NCBI GenBank assembly: GCA_012295275.1
Contig: CM022678.1
Location: 19,220,001-19,284,000 of the forward strand
Length of the DNA stretch: 64,000 nt
Direction: 5' to 3'
Source: Chrysomallon squamiferum
Taxonomy: Eukaryota > Animalia > Mollusca
Shown here piece after piece: positions 15,303-30,299 of this stretch. The notes below the pieces were generated by a model, which was not told the DNA's origin, did not search any database, and saw nothing but the letters and a program-made list of their open reading frames with translations. The first letter of the stretch is position 1, and every line of letters begins with the position of its first letter. The position numbers and the translations under genes are program-made.

Positions 15303-16361
15303 ATATCGAAAAATAAAATAAAATACTTCGATTTCTATAGTTGCTGTAAATGTTGTTCGGATAAAATAATACTATCCTATGCAGAACTTATATCTCCATA
15401 AGTTTTCTTTCTCTATTTATTTTAATTTGAGAAATCACAGCTGTATAGTGTTTGGGCAGGAAAATAATTTTAATAAGTGACCTGTTTCAAAATTTCAATT
15501 ATAAAAAACAAACAATTATAAATTAATTTAAAAAAATAAAATAAGAAAAAACAATATTTGTTTTAACTTTTTATAATACTAATTTTTATCAGGCCATCAA
15601 GATTTTACTGGTTAAAAAAAATTCAAATCGATTTACCTATTCTTACCTTTTCTGAGCTAAGCTGAATTTTTAGTTAATTTGGTATGCTATTGTCTACTTG
15701 GGTATTTGTATTTTGCAATTAATGGTAATTATAACTTATATATCAGTTAACTATTCGAAAACCATAGTTATGATTTGATGGACAAGTAATGAATAAACTT
15801 TTAGTTAAAGATAAAGTATGTGAGCGGAATAAGAAATTTTAAATGAAACTTACTGGTTCTCTCTCGATGTTCCTTACTCCAAAACTAATCGTCAGTCTTC
15901 TGTAAGCGACTTTTTTCTTCTTTCCTCTTTGAATTCCACGAACCTGTTCAGAAAGCGGATACGACTATTGTAAAAACAACGTACATTTTTTTTTCTTCTA
16001 ATACTGTAATATTTCTTTAGGTTTAAATATTAAAGACAACGTTAATTGGAATGCCAAAGAAAACTGTTCATGAGGCATTATTATAATTATTATTATCATT
16101 ATCATCATCACCATCATCATCTCTTTTTCTGTTTCACGGTTGTAATCGGCAGAAAATAAAACTAAATGAAATTTCGGAAAAAGATGTATTTTTGATCCTC
16201 ACTTGAACTGTATTTTCAACTAAATTTAGTTATTTAGTAAACGTGATTAAACTAAGCATTACTAATTTTCCTGAAATTAGAAATATAAGGTAAACCTACG
16301 TTAGTTCAGCGAATTTATTAGGTTTGTGTAACTAGATGCTGGATGAATGAACGTATTTAGA

Positions 16362-16394
<33 letters not shown>

Positions 16395-17030
16395 TAATAT
16401 TTGTATATTACACTTCCTTGTAGTTATAGTCCGGACTAGGTAATTCGTGAAATAATGTTATATTTTAATTTACAAGTAAAGAATAAAATGTTATTTAATT
16501 ATCCAGTATCTGATCTCAATAACAAAACTTAAATCAAACTTACACGTCCTCGCTGGATGTTCCTTACTTTCAAACGAACAGTCAGAAACTGTGATAGCTT
16601 TACCTTTCCAGTTATATATATATCTGAGGTGTCTACATTACCTACAGAAATTCCAAGAATCGGTACAATAAATCTAGATAATCAGTGTGAACGCTATGTA
16701 GGGGATGTTACCTAATAAGGTAATGTTATGAACCTGTCGCATGACAACGATATAAACACACTCATGTCCATGTCTCCTTATTATATCTACGCGCTTTATA
16801 CGTTTTCGTTCCCGGACATGTTGCATGTTATTAAAATTACTAATACACTAATACACTGAGTTCTTGTGACAGAATATGTGTAGCTTTAAATATTAAGATT
16901 TAATTATTAAATATTTGGAAAACATACATTAAAATATTTATGTGGAACTCGAGATCCGTCTGATCTCAAGGTCTTCCTAATTTTATTTTTATTTTTAATT
17001 TCTTATTATTAAACACACAGACACACACAT

Positions 17031-17062
<32 letters not shown>

Positions 17063-17679
17063 CCACATACACAGACACACACACACACTAACACACACAA
17101 AGCGAAAATGAGAAAGATTTATAATATTTTGTCTTTTCTTAACAAAGCTGAATTTTATTTCACGTCTTGTGTTATTTGCTTCTTATGTGTTTGTTTATTA
17201 ACTTCCTTATGACTGTTATATATCAAAATGTAATTTGTTAACAAGATATATACTTTAATGCTAACTTCAGTATTATTTTGAAGGAAATTTAGTTATTTAG
17301 TGAACATCATTAATTAAAGAGAAACAACGCATTAGTAATTTTCGTGGAAAGAGAAGTTTAAGCTATAAATTCGTTAAGCGAACTTATTTGGTTTGCGTAA
17401 CTAGATACTGGATGAATGAACGTATTTAGAAATGTGATATGAAATAAATATATTAATGGGAATTTTATATATATACTTACTACCTCATTTAACTATTAAT
17501 TTTCGCGAACGTGATTGCACAAAGGCAGAGACCACGTGACTAATTTTCGTAGAAGTAGAAAAATAAGCGATATACATATACTCGGATCAATGAACATGTT
17601 TAGAAATAGCATTTAAAAAACAAAAATAAATAATAAGCATGAATCGTCTCTTATAGTTCCATTTAGTTTAGTAGTAGTA

Positions 17680-17729
<50 letters not shown>

Positions 17730-18152
17730 TATTTTTTTAATTTGAGGAATCATAGCTGTGAGTGTTTGAAACAAAATGATCTGCTTCAAAATTTTAAATT
17801 AAATTATATCAAAAAATTTGAAAGAAAGAAAACCCAATATTTGTTTTATCTTTAAATGATTCTAATTTCTATTATGCTATGAACATTTTACCATCGATTT
17901 ACAATTTCTTACCGTTTGTGAGCTAAGCTGAATGGGTTATATTATTTGCTTTTGGGGTATTTGTATAATGAACTTAATTGTACTTCATTCAACTTTCCTT
18001 TTTCAATTCCACGAAACAGTTCAGAAAGACGATATGACTGTTGTAAAAACTATGTAAAAATGTTTTCTAATAAGGTTATATTCCCTATAGGTTTAAATAT
18101 TAATAAAATATTATTTGGAATGTCAAAGAAAACTCTTCAACACACATTAATT

Positions 18153-18221
<69 letters not shown>

Positions 18222-18299
18222 TTATTATTTTTGTTATTAATGTTTTATCTCCTTTTACAATTTTTACCCGCAATGTGAATAAATGTCGCAAGACTAACA

Positions 18300-18760
18300 C
18301 GCAGATTTCTTATGTTTCAACTTGTCTATGTACTTCTAACTGCAGTTCGTTCTAGGTCACCCGTTTATTTGAATGCAGTGTTTTAGACTTGTTAGCCTCT
18401 GACGTCACTGAATGTTTCTGAAACTTGTTTCAGTACGAAGTCACAAAGATATAGAGTGGTGACAGCGTGTTGGACTAGGCCAACGATGTATAACAGATAA
18501 TAAATCGTGCTTTGAAAGAAAAAGATGAAATAAACACCATTAGAAGGAAAAGAAACAACATTTATACAAAACAATAATTCAGTGTAACCTAAAGTCAAAT
18601 ACATCCCTCAAACTACTTTTTAATAAAAATTTCATCTATTATTTTAACGTTAAGAAGAGGAGATTAACCACTGCAACTGTTGTAAAACACAAGTGTTATT
18701 ATCGGTTATACTAAAAAGTGTCACACCTCTTTTCTCCGCTTTTGTTTAGTCATAGACACT
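18300..18760 (-). pseudogene. Decayed class A GPCR fragment (TM2-TM3), duplicated at 26040-26510
   Basis: Minus-strand frames give, in order, NNTCV / FTTVAVVNLLFL (TM2-like), FDFRLH (ECL1-like) and VQHAVTTLY. The other copy reads VEPAVTTLY, consistent with an ancestral VERA. Many stops and frameshifts. Confidence 0.45.
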
Positions 18761-19339
18761 GACTGCTAGACTCTGTATCAAAGCATTTAAGAAATTAACA
18801 TCTACTGTTAACTGTTTTTAACAAGTTCTACCTTTTAAATATAAATAATATAATTTTTAACTCGTCACCAGATTGAAGAGTTTCTTGTTGTTGAAAAATG
18901 CAATAGTTTCAAGCCGTAAATTCTTACGTTAATATGAAGATCTGTATAAAAATGTTTTACATATTTAGACACGATCTATTTGAGACAACTTTCAAACTGA
19001 TTCTAGAAACAGACTACGAGGATATAGAACATGTATCAGATAAATTTCTTGAAGAAAAAATTAAATATGTAAATATTTTCATAAGAAAGAAACATCGCAC
19101 CGAACATGCACAGCTACAAATTGTAAATGCAAAAGCGCGAGCACGCAGTTACTCCTCACTATGGCCTAGGACAGTCCGAGGATCGACCCTAGCGCCAGTC
19201 AAAACGAAGAGACTGAGTATTGAACAATCTCTGTTACACAGAGTAAACATTTCTAACTGTAAATATCGGATTTTTAGATGCACTAGAGGTTTTAAACTGT
19301 TTTAATCAGTATGATATTTTGTGGTCAGGGTTATGTTTA

Positions 19340-20860
19340 CTGGGTTATATATCATCTAAACGGTGACCTAATTTTAACTCTTGTTATGCTGTAAAACAAA
19401 TTTAATAGACAATTTACAGAATATAACGCCAATATTCAGATACTCCTGATTATATAATGTGTGATACTGAAACAAATAACATGGTAGAAGTTTTAGAGAA
19501 ATTATTTAGTTTATGAACGAGCCAAACAACATGCTAAATTTCGGAATTTCTCAAAGAAAATGTCAGGATATTGGTAGACCAAATACATGTATAAACTACG
19601 TCGCTTGCTGCGTGTATTAGACAAAAACTTAAAATTTGAAGTTCTTGATTTTGAACCTTTATATTGAGATACTGATAGTCCAGTTACAATTTCCTTTCAG
19701 TGGTTTAAAAACGAAACAACAAGTAGACTGCACTGATGAAACTGAACTGAAATTCCGAAAATGGAATAAGAATCTGGCTGACAAATATAATGTAAACACA
19801 GAAACTATCACGACTATTATTTCTGATTTAGATAGGTCAATATTGTTTAATATCAGCAGCTTAACGCCACGGTGAACAAGATCAGTAACTTATTCCTAAA
19901 CATCACGGTAAGCACATTTGGATATGTTCGAAGCAAATCTTCCGCTAACCATGTAAAAATGACATGGTTTTGTTGGCATGCAGATCATTCGGAAGAAAAT
20001 ACACAGAAACCAGAACATTTCAACAATAAGAAAACATAAGAAAACAAACAACGAGTTATAAATACCAGGAAACAGTACAAGAATGTAATATTAATTTTTT
20101 TAAGAAGACAAATCTGGAAAACAGAATAGAAACTTACAGACCTCAGCAAAAAAAAAAAAAAAAAAGCATTCGAACGTTTTAGGATTGCAACCTACTCCTT
20201 TAAAATCACTGCACCAATATTTTTCTTACGTAAACATCAGTGATGATAGACTCCATAACAAAAATGTACAGCAGATTTAGAAAGTAATAATTTACTAAAT
20301 AGCCGTACTTTCGAATGTAAATTATTTACAGTTTTTACAAATATCAACATTTTGGGTCAAGGGAATATAATTAATGAATATGTCAACCAAACTTTTAATT
20401 GTATGATACATGAATATGTGCAACTTTTATATTTTGTGTTTGAAAGGGGTATCATCCTTTACTCATTGTTGGTTCGTATAATGAAGCCAATTTAAAAAAA
20501 AAAAAAAAAAAAAAAAAATAATGTGGTCTTAAAAATAATGCAGTAAATTATAGATCAATTACATTACTCACTTGGTTCGGGAAACTATTTACGGCTGTGT
20601 TAAATAATAGACTAAAGTTGTATCGTGAAACTAATGATATATTGTCTGAAGTTCAATCATTAGGATTTAGGAAGGATTATTATACAAATGACCATGACTG
20701 TACAGTATATGATCATATATTACAGCAAAACTTTTTGACTGAGTGTGGAGAATCGGACTTTAGGGGAAATTATTTAAGAATGATATAAATGGTAAATGTC
20801 TCTATGTAATTTACAATATGTATCAAAATATTAAATCTTACGTCAGTGCACATAAGTCAT
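19340..20860 (+). mobile_element. Degenerate non-LTR retrotransposon (LINE) ORF2, reverse transcriptase N-terminal part
   Basis: From 20546: NYRSITLLTWFGKLFTAVLNNRL...ILSEVQSLGFRKDYYTNDH, then D*VWRIGL*GKLFKNDINGKCLYVIYNMYQNIKSYV, which are LINE RT motifs. The 5' boundary is approximate. Confidence 0.85.
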
Positions 20861-20949
20861 TAACAAAGTTGATACTTAGTCACTGCTTCTCTTTTTCTTT
20901 CTTTCTTTCTTTCACCGTTTTCTTCTTCTTCTTCTTCTTCTTCTTCCTC

Positions 20950-20990
<41 letters not shown>

Positions 20991-21250
20991 GCAGCAATAA
21001 CAACAACAACAACAATAATTATGAAGTGTAGTTTGACATTAAACATTAAATCCGACCTACTGTTTCACAGACAAAACCAGGCAGTATTAGCTATATTATC
21101 TTCAATACCCATATAAGATTTTTCTATACTTTAACACAGAGTGTAACTACAATGGTTTCAAATTCTCTGTTTCCAACTCAACCATAAACATGATTAACGT
21201 GCGGTCTGTCTAAGTTTCTATGCATGTACTACTCACAGAAAAAAACAAAA

Positions 21251-21294
<44 letters not shown>

Positions 21295-21611
21295 TAATAA
21301 TAATAATAATATAAATAATATTAATATTAATATTAATAATATATTAATAATAATAATAAGACAAAGAACAACAACAACAACAACAACAACAACTGTTTTA
21401 GATTGTTTTAAAGTGGAATGTATCTGGGTCTCGTTAAAATTATCTTACAATAAAATAACATTGACCTTGACCAGTGACCTTGTTTATTTTAAAATGTAAA
21501 GAGCGACAAAAGTGAATATTAATAATAAACCCTTCAAACATTTAACGAATCAGTTGATATCGTGCTATTGATTACTTTAATTTCTCGATTGATTACAACT
21601 CCCTAATTCCC

Positions 21612-21651
<40 letters not shown>

Positions 21652-21761
21652 TTTAATGGAAACAAGAATTTGAAAATAAACTAACATGAATCTTTAAAAG
21701 TTTTAATGAGAAGATACTCCGTATTGAAAACATATTATATATACATATCTAGACACACACA

Positions 21762-21792
<31 letters not shown>

Positions 21793-22334
21793 GAACGCAC
21801 GCACAAACGCACACACAACCGCACACACACACAGTGAGGTATTAAGTATAGTCTGAAATGACAGATGTAAGGAAATTATTTGTATCAGACATGCACAGAC
21901 CTTGCACCACCTTATCGTGTTTTCTGGTCACATTTGTAACTAAATACACATTAAAAGTCATGTGCTAATAGAATGCAGAGAGAGGGAACAAAGACTGACA
22001 GACACAATAAAATATAAGGGTAATAACATGAGAATAATAATGAAAATAGGTGAATATTCATTAAGAACTGAACAATTAGCTTCTCAACTTTCCTCAATAG
22101 CAGTTAAGCTCAAAGAGAGTTCTGTAAACATTACTGATACCTTTTTTATAATAACTAATAGCGTTTATTGTTTGTAACATCACATAAACATGAACTGAAG
22201 AATCACCAAATATTACTGGGAAATGTATCTACACCTTGTATTCTATATATCTCATAAATGTAACAGTAAAATAAAACATTGTGGACAATTTAACACATCT
22301 AATCTTAGCCTCCAACGGAAAACAGATTAACTAA

Positions 22335-22348
22335 CATACACACACACA

Positions 22349-22402
<54 letters not shown>

Positions 22403-22479
22403 TACACACACACACTCACACACACACACACACTCACACACTCACACACAGACACACACTCATTACACATACACCAACA

Positions 22480-22516
<37 letters not shown>

Positions 22517-22546
22517 ATTACACACACACACACTCACACTCACACA

Positions 22547-22615
<69 letters not shown>

Positions 22616-22668
22616 ACTCACACACAGACACACACTCATTACACACACACCAACACTCACACACACAC
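22335..22668. repeat. (CA)n compound microsatellite
   Basis: ~330 bp of interrupted CA repeats. Confidence 0.97.
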
Positions 22669-23199
22669 ATTATAATATAACGATTTCACCCTTCACATAA
22701 AAGTGACTTCCATATAGACATATTATTTTATTTTATATCATTTATTATTTTCATTTTGTTTTTTATTTCGATATTAACTAATCCTAATCTGCTACTATTT
22801 GCTTTTATCTGTTTTTTACTACTGTTGTATTTATTTATTTAAAGAGTGTCCGATATTCAAAATCCAGATTGAAAACTTGACAACGTATAAACAATTAATA
22901 CTGTTTAATACTGAAGTAGTCTCAAACAGACAAAAAGTCAAATTCATGAATTAAAATACATCCTTTATTAATATTATTATTTTTATTATTGTTAATGTTA
23001 TTGTTATTGTTATAAATAAAATTAAAAATAAAATTATCATAAATTATTTTGTTTTGTTTAATCCAGAATGTTTATTTATTTATTTATGTACTATTGATCA
23101 TATTATTATTTCGAAAGGGATATCCTTAGCTCTACTGAAACCAATACAATATAAGTTTAACTACCTCTAATGGAAGTCGAAGTAAAACCCGAATCTTTT

Positions 23200-23430
23200 C
23201 AACTAACGAACAGTCACAAACGCCACGCGGTCTGCTCGCTATGTGAGTCGCCCGCTCAGATACCTCGGGTGATATTTTTGTAAAGCGACACGTCACACGT
23301 TACAGAGCGTATTACTGTGGTTGCTTGGTGACAATGTAAACACATTTTCCTTTACCTCTAAGGATATAAAGCGTGTCAAACTGTTTTGTAAAAGATATGA
23401 GCAGTATTTAGGGGCTAGCAACGTGTCATT
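23200..23430. promoter_or_regulatory. Candidate regulatory element with an RFX X-box-like site
   Basis: Locally CpG-rich patch in AT-rich DNA, with GTTGCTTGGTGAC (23320-23332), a TAGCAAC half-site (~23416-23422) and TATAAA (23365-23370). Confidence 0.3.
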
Positions 23431-23673
23431 TTCTTATAGTAAGCTTACAGACAGCTTAAAACAACAGTAAGAAACACACACACACTCACACACACAGACA
23501 CACGCGCATACACATTCACATATAAGTTTATTTTTACTAAGATTTATGTTCTTCATTCATTAAAGAAGACTACACTTTTTTCGTGTCGTAGAAATGAGAG
23601 AAGACATTGTTTATTGAATTATTCTATTTTTGTCTCTCTCTGCATATAGTCTTCATTATACCATCTCAAATAC

Positions 23674-23726
<53 letters not shown>

Positions 23727-23739
23727 CATTATTATTATT

Positions 23740-25262
23740 ATAAGTATCTGTTTTTCTTTCACAGGGTGCTGACCTTCAAAGAAATGAATCTAAATAAAGT
23801 TAGTGAATAGGATGTAATTTTTAATTCTAACTTTAAACCTTGTTCTATAGTAAACATGATTAAACAAACTGAAACAAAGAATAAGTAATTTTTGTGGCAA
23901 TAGAAGCATAAGGTGTACGTTCGTTCAGCTAATGTATCTGGTTTGTGTCTCTAGATACTGGATTAATCATCACATTTACAAATGTGATATGAAATACAAA
24001 ATTTGAAGCGAAGTCTACATTTATTTTCTACGTAACATAGCTATTAATTTTAGTGAACGTGATCAAACAAAGTCAAAGCACGCAGGACTAGTCTTCGTGA
24101 AATCTGAGAAGCGTCCTAAATATTCGGATCAACGAACACAACGAGAAATATCATGTTTACTACGTGAAACGGTTTGCAGCAAATACTACTACTACTATTA
24201 ATAATAATAATAATAAGAAGAAGAAGAAGAAGAAGAAGAATATCAATAATAATTATTATTATAAATGAATAAATAAATAATCAAATAAATAAATAAGTGA
24301 AAATAAAAATAAAAAGGGAATTCTTTCTGGTTTTTTTTTTTGTTTTTTTATCAACACTAAATTTTTATTAGGCCATCAAAAAATGTCTGGTCCCAAAAAG
24401 CTTTCCATCGATTTACGTGTTCTTACCGTTTCTGTGCTAATCTGATTTTTTTTTTTTTTTTTTTTTTTTTTTGTGTTTTTTTTTTTTTTTTTTTTTTTGC
24501 TTCTAGAGTATTTGTATATTATACTTCCTTGTAGTTATACCTTATATAATCAGTTAACTATTCCTGAATTATAGTTATGATTTAATATCCTAGTAATGAA
24601 TAAACTATTAGTTAAAGATAAAGCATGTGATCGGAATAAGAAATTATAAGTCAAATTTATACGTTCTCGCTGGATGTTACTTACTGCGAAACTGTCAGTG
24701 TTATATAAGTGACTTCTTTCTACTTTCCTTTCTAAATTCCACGAATCGGTTCAGAAAGACGATATGATTCCTGTAAAACTTTTCAAAACATGTTTCCTAA
24801 TACTATATTATTCTGTGTAGATTTAAATATTATTTTCTTCTAGGGTATTTATATTTCCTTGTATTTATATATCACTCAACTATTTCTGAAACATAGTTAT
24901 CATTTAACTTACAAGTAATGAATAAAATATTAGTTAAAAATATAGTATAAAATCGGAATAACAGATTTTGAATCCAACTTACACGTTCTCCCTGGACGTT
25001 CCTTACTCTGAAATTAACCGTCAGTGTTTCGTTTTTTAAATTAAGACACCCGCTATTTTTGTATTGTTATATATCGGTTGATAGTTGTTCTATTTTTAAT
25101 TCATATAGGCTGATAAAACTGTTAGTGTATTAGATAACAAAATAGACATTTGAGTTTGTATAGGTCAGCATTCTTTAAATCGAGCTAAACCGGCATCAAG
25201 CATAAGAATCGAAACATTCGATATTATTATTATTGTTGTTGTTATTGTTGTTGTTATTGTTA

Positions 25263-25334
<72 letters not shown>

Positions 25335-25928
25335 AATTAAATGAAGTTATGAGATACACAGCAGTTTTTACATACACAGCGAGTTCACAAAGTAGACATG
25401 ATATTTACAAACGTGTTCATTGATCCGAATATATTTCTAAGTACGTTCATTTATCCATTATCTAGACACAAACGAAATAAGTTCGCTGAACGAATGTCTA
25501 TCTTATTTTTCTCTTTTACTAATGCATCCTTTCAGCTGGTTTATTCACGTTTGCTAAATAACTAAATTCTGTAGAAAAAAACATACTAAACAGTTGCGAT
25601 TCCTTAAATTAATGTAAACAGAAAAAGAAAAATCCCCCTATAAACTGCTCTAAAAATATTTCTCACATCTTGCTGGTCTCTTTACTCGCTATAGCTCTTG
25701 CATATTTCAGTGACCTAATTTCGCACACCCGTTTGTGTTTGTGTATTGTTATATATCGGCTGATAGCTGTGATATTTTTAATTCATATAGGCTGACAAAA
25801 GTTAATAGCATGTAGAATTGTTGGCAGTCCTAGTGTTATTATATTAAACGTAGAAATAGGAGTTTGTATATGACAGTATTATTTCATCTCAGCGACACTG
25901 ACAGCAACTGTAGGAATCGAATCGTTTA

Positions 25929-25980
<52 letters not shown>

Positions 25981-27453
25981 ATTTTATCTCATGTTACAAC
26001 ATTTTACCTTCAGTGTGAATAAATGTCACAAAACTAACACGCAGATGTCTCATGTTTCAACTTGCCTGTGTACTTCTAACTGCAGTTCTTTCTAGGTCAC
26101 CTGTTTATTTGAATGAAGTGTTTTATTCTTGTTACCCTCTGACGTCACTGAATGTTCTCAGTATATCATGTTTCAGAAAACTTGTTTCAGTATGAAGTCA
26201 CAAAGATATAGAGTGGTGACAGCGGGTTCGACTACGACAACGACAAATAATAGATAATAATATCGTGCTTTGAAAGAAAAACATGAAATAAACATTAGAA
26301 GGAAAAGAAACAACATTTATACACAACAATCATTTAATGTAACTTAACTTCCAATACATACTTCAAACTAGTTTTTAATAAAAATTTAATCTATTATTTT
26401 AACGTTATCAAGAGGACTTTAACCACTGCAACTGTTGTAAAACAGAAGTGTTATTATCGGATATATTAAAAAGTGTCACACATCTTTTCTCCGCTTTTCT
26501 TTAGTCATAGACACTGACTGCTAGACTCTATATCAAAGCATTTAAGAAATTAACATCTACTGTTATTATATTAAATGTAGAAATAGGAGTTTGTATAGGA
26601 CAGTATTATTTCATCTCAGCGACACTGACAGCAACTGTAGGAATCGAATCATTTATATTATTATTATTATTATTATTAATATTTTATCTCATGTTACAAC
26701 ATTTTACCTTCAGTGTGAATAAATGTCACAAAACTAACACGCAGATTCCTTATGTTTCAACTTGTCTATGTACTTCTAACTGCAGTTCGTTCTGGGTCAC
26801 CCGTGTATCCGTTTTTCTTTTCCTTATTGATTTCAGATATTGTGTTTGGGCAAGAGAATAATGAACAAAATGACCTACTTCAAAATTTTAAATTAAATAA
26901 TTAAAAAATATTTAAAAAAAAAAAAAACCGAAAAGATATAAGGCCAGTTTTTGTTTTACCTATATATAATACTCATTTTTATTAGGCTATCAAAATTTTA
27001 CTGGTTAGAAAAAAAAATCCGTTTGTTTAAACGTTCTTACCTTTTGTGAGCTAAGCTATTCTTTTTATTTATTTAATTTTAATTTTAATTTTTAATTTTT
27101 TTTTTTTATACCTCTTGGGTATTAGTATATTACACTTAATTGTAGTTATAACTTATATCAGTTAACTATTCGTGAACCATAGTTATGATTTAATTGTCAA
27201 GTAATGAATAAACTATTAGTTAAAGATAAAGTATATAATCCAAACAACACATTTTAAATCAAACTTACACGTTCACTCTGGATCAAACGAATTCTTTTTG
27301 CTTTCCTTTTTTGAATTCCACGGATGACTGTTGTAAAAACTATGTAGAAATGTTTTCTGATACTGTAATACTCTGTTTAAGTTTAAATATTAAAGAAAAT
27401 ATTTGGAATGTCAGAGAAAACTGTTGAACGGGCATTATTTTTGTTATAATTAC

Positions 27454-27535
<82 letters not shown>

Positions 27536-28651
27536 TACTTTTTTTGTTGTTGTTGTTTTTTTTCTTTCATGTAATCTTCAGAAAAATAAAACTAAATAAA
27601 ATTCATGAATATGATATATATATATATTTTTTATCCTAACTTGAAATTTAGTTATTTGGTAAACGTGATTAAACAAACTGAAACACGAATCAGTAATTTA
27701 TGGAAACAAGAATAAGGTGTACGTTCGTCAGCGAATTTATTTCGTTTGTGTAACTAGACACTGGATAATTATTTAGAAATGTAACATGAAATAATAAATT
27801 TAATGCTATCTTTATATATTTATTTTCTAAGTAATTTAACTATTAATTTTCGAGAACGTGATTAAACAAAGACATAGCACACGTGACTAATTTTCGTTGG
27901 AAACATAAGCTATATACGTTTGGAAATATCATGTTTACGTTCTGAACTCACATAGTACGTTTTTTTTTTTTTTTTTTTTAAATTTGTCCTTTGCTTGAAC
28001 TAATGCTAACCTATAAACAACTCATATTATCTAAAACCACTAGGACTGAACAGTTCTACCTATTACTCATTTTTATCAGCCTATATAAATTAAAAATATC
28101 ACAGCTATCAGCCGCTTTAAACACTACAGAAACAGAAACGGGTGCAAGATTAGGTCTTTGAAATATACAAGAAAATATAGCCAGCAAAGAGACCCGGGAG
28201 ATGTAAGAAGTATTTACTAAACAGTTTTTAGTAGGATTTTTTTTTTTTTTTACAAAATTTTGAGGAGTCATAGCTCTATAGTTTCTCTTTCAGAGAACAA
28301 TCATCGAACTGACCTGCGTCGAGATTATAAAGGTAAAATAAAAAAAATAAAAAAATAAATACTACTACTACTAATAAAATGATTTTTCCCTCACGCTTCT
28401 CTAAATCTAGTTTTTGTGTTATTTGCTTCTTGTGTATTTGTATATTACACTTCCTTGCAGTTATAACTTGCCTATATTACTAGACAATTCATGAATGAAT
28501 TTCTTATTTTAAGACACAACTAATGAATAATACGTTACTTAAATATCCAGTATCTGATCGTAATAACAAATGTTAAATCAAACTTACACGTTCTCGCTGC
28601 TTCTTCCTTACTCTCAAACGAAGAGTCAAAAACAGGGATAGCTTCACCTTT

Positions 28652-28682
<31 letters not shown>

Positions 28683-29020
28683 CAGGTGTCGTCTTTACTT
28701 ATTGAATTTCAAGAATCGATATAATAAAACTAGATAATCAATGTGAACGCTATATAGGGGATGCCACCTGATAAGGTAATGTTATGACCTTGTTGCGTGA
28801 CAAAAATATAAACACATTCATAACCACACAGCCGTATTATATCTATCAGCTCTATGCGCTATCAAGATCTGAGATCTTCTATTTAATTATATTCTTCTTC
28901 TGTATTTGTAAATTACACTTCATGGCCTTTTTGCATGAAAACAGTATAAACACATTCATGACTATAACCCCTTACTATATACACGTGCACGCCAGAACAG
29001 TCCATTTTTTATTTTGAAAT
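23740..29020. repeat. Continuation of the modular repeat, with an inverted segment at ~25030-25930
   Basis: Same modules as 300-18150; 25030-25930 is reverse-complemented; ~25835-26100 recurs at 26560-26800. Confidence 0.88.
26040..26510 (-). pseudogene. Second copy of the 18300-18760 GPCR-like relic
   Basis: Highly similar nucleotide block; translates NNTSV...YLLFVVVVVEPAVTTLY. Confidence 0.45.
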
Positions 29021-29110
29021 AGCTAATACAATGAAATACTGAGCCTTTGTAATTTCTTCTGCTTCTTCTTCTTCTTCTTCTTCTTCTTCTTTATATTATT
29101 GTTATTGTTT

Positions 29111-29174
<64 letters not shown>

Positions 29175-29399
29175 TGACTATTATATTACTACCATTAATA
29201 TTCATTTCCACCTTCGAAGAAAATTTCTAACCTATCTTAACAAACATTACCATCCAGATTCGTAAGTTTCTTTTATTATGAGGCGAACAGCATTTTTAAT
29301 CTGTTGTTTCGTTTACCTCTTTTATAATAGTTCGTATCAATACATTCATTTTCGGCCTGTTAGAAATAAAATAACATTAATTTTTGTGCAGATGGGAAC

Positions 29400-29586
29400 A
29401 AAAATAGCATAAACTTTGAGTGTTCGTGTATATTTAAATAAACTGTTAGATTTTTTTGTATTCAGGCCAAACTAAAGGTCCACCAGTCTCTGTGTATGAA
29501 GTGGTTTCGTTATCCGGATTCGCTTCAAGTTGTCATTAGCACGGAAGCTTGTCGCGCCTAACAACAACAACAACAACAACAACAAC

Positions 29587-29619
<33 letters not shown>

Positions 29620-29870
29620 GCCTGTATATGGAATGTTTTCTAATGCTATTATATGCAAGAATACAAACACACTAATCACCGTATGTCGTTAATATATATA
29701 ATAAATTATAATTTAGAAATACAATATGTCTTATGACAAATTAATTATCTGAAAGAAGGCAGGCTGTTTGTTGGTTATTGATACAGAAATAAAATACGCG
29801 GTATGTAATATCCACAGTTTGCTACTTTCAGCTTCCAGAGATCATTTCCATTAAAACTATGTGCATCGTC
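29400..29870 (+). pseudogene. Decayed class A GPCR relic (TM1-TM4)
   Basis: MKWFRYPDSLQVVI (TM2-like, 29496), ERRQAVCWLL (TM3 end, cf. ERxxAVCxPL, 29751-29780) and VISTVCYFQLPEII (TM4-like). The paralogue at 42937 gives NKLLVFFLSRP (TM1/ICL1). Confidence 0.6.
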
Positions 29871-30299
29871 ATCTTTTTTATTATTATTATTATTATGTTT
29901 TTTTTTTGTTTTTGTTTTTTGCGTATACAAAATAAATGTTCTAATCCTCTCCAATATATTTCATTTCACGTTAAACATGGCTTCCAAGACTTTAAGTGTT
30001 TAGGTCAGGGTACATCTAAATGTAGCACTGACTCTCTGAGAAGTTAAGTTCTAAATAAAAACAAAATCAGTCTTATACACATTGAAGTATTCACCTACAA
30101 TGAACACCCTTGTTCATTTGCCAATATACGGCAGGCGGTATTGAAATTCTAAATATGTTTTATTGTCAAATGAACTGAAACACGATCACTCAGAGTTAAG
30201 TAGTTTACCATGACACGAGTATTCACACCTGGAACAAAACGTATGGCTAACTAGTTGCTTTGATACCAATATATAACATGTCACCCAGTATTTCTGATA

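Noticed and set aside
18934-19305. 123 aa ORF upstream of the LINE relic
   Set aside because: No recognisable domain; it may be LINE 5' sequence, but this cannot be supported.
21459-21483. Clustered TGACCT motifs as a nuclear-receptor element
   Set aside because: Short motif that is common in invertebrate repeats; no supporting context.
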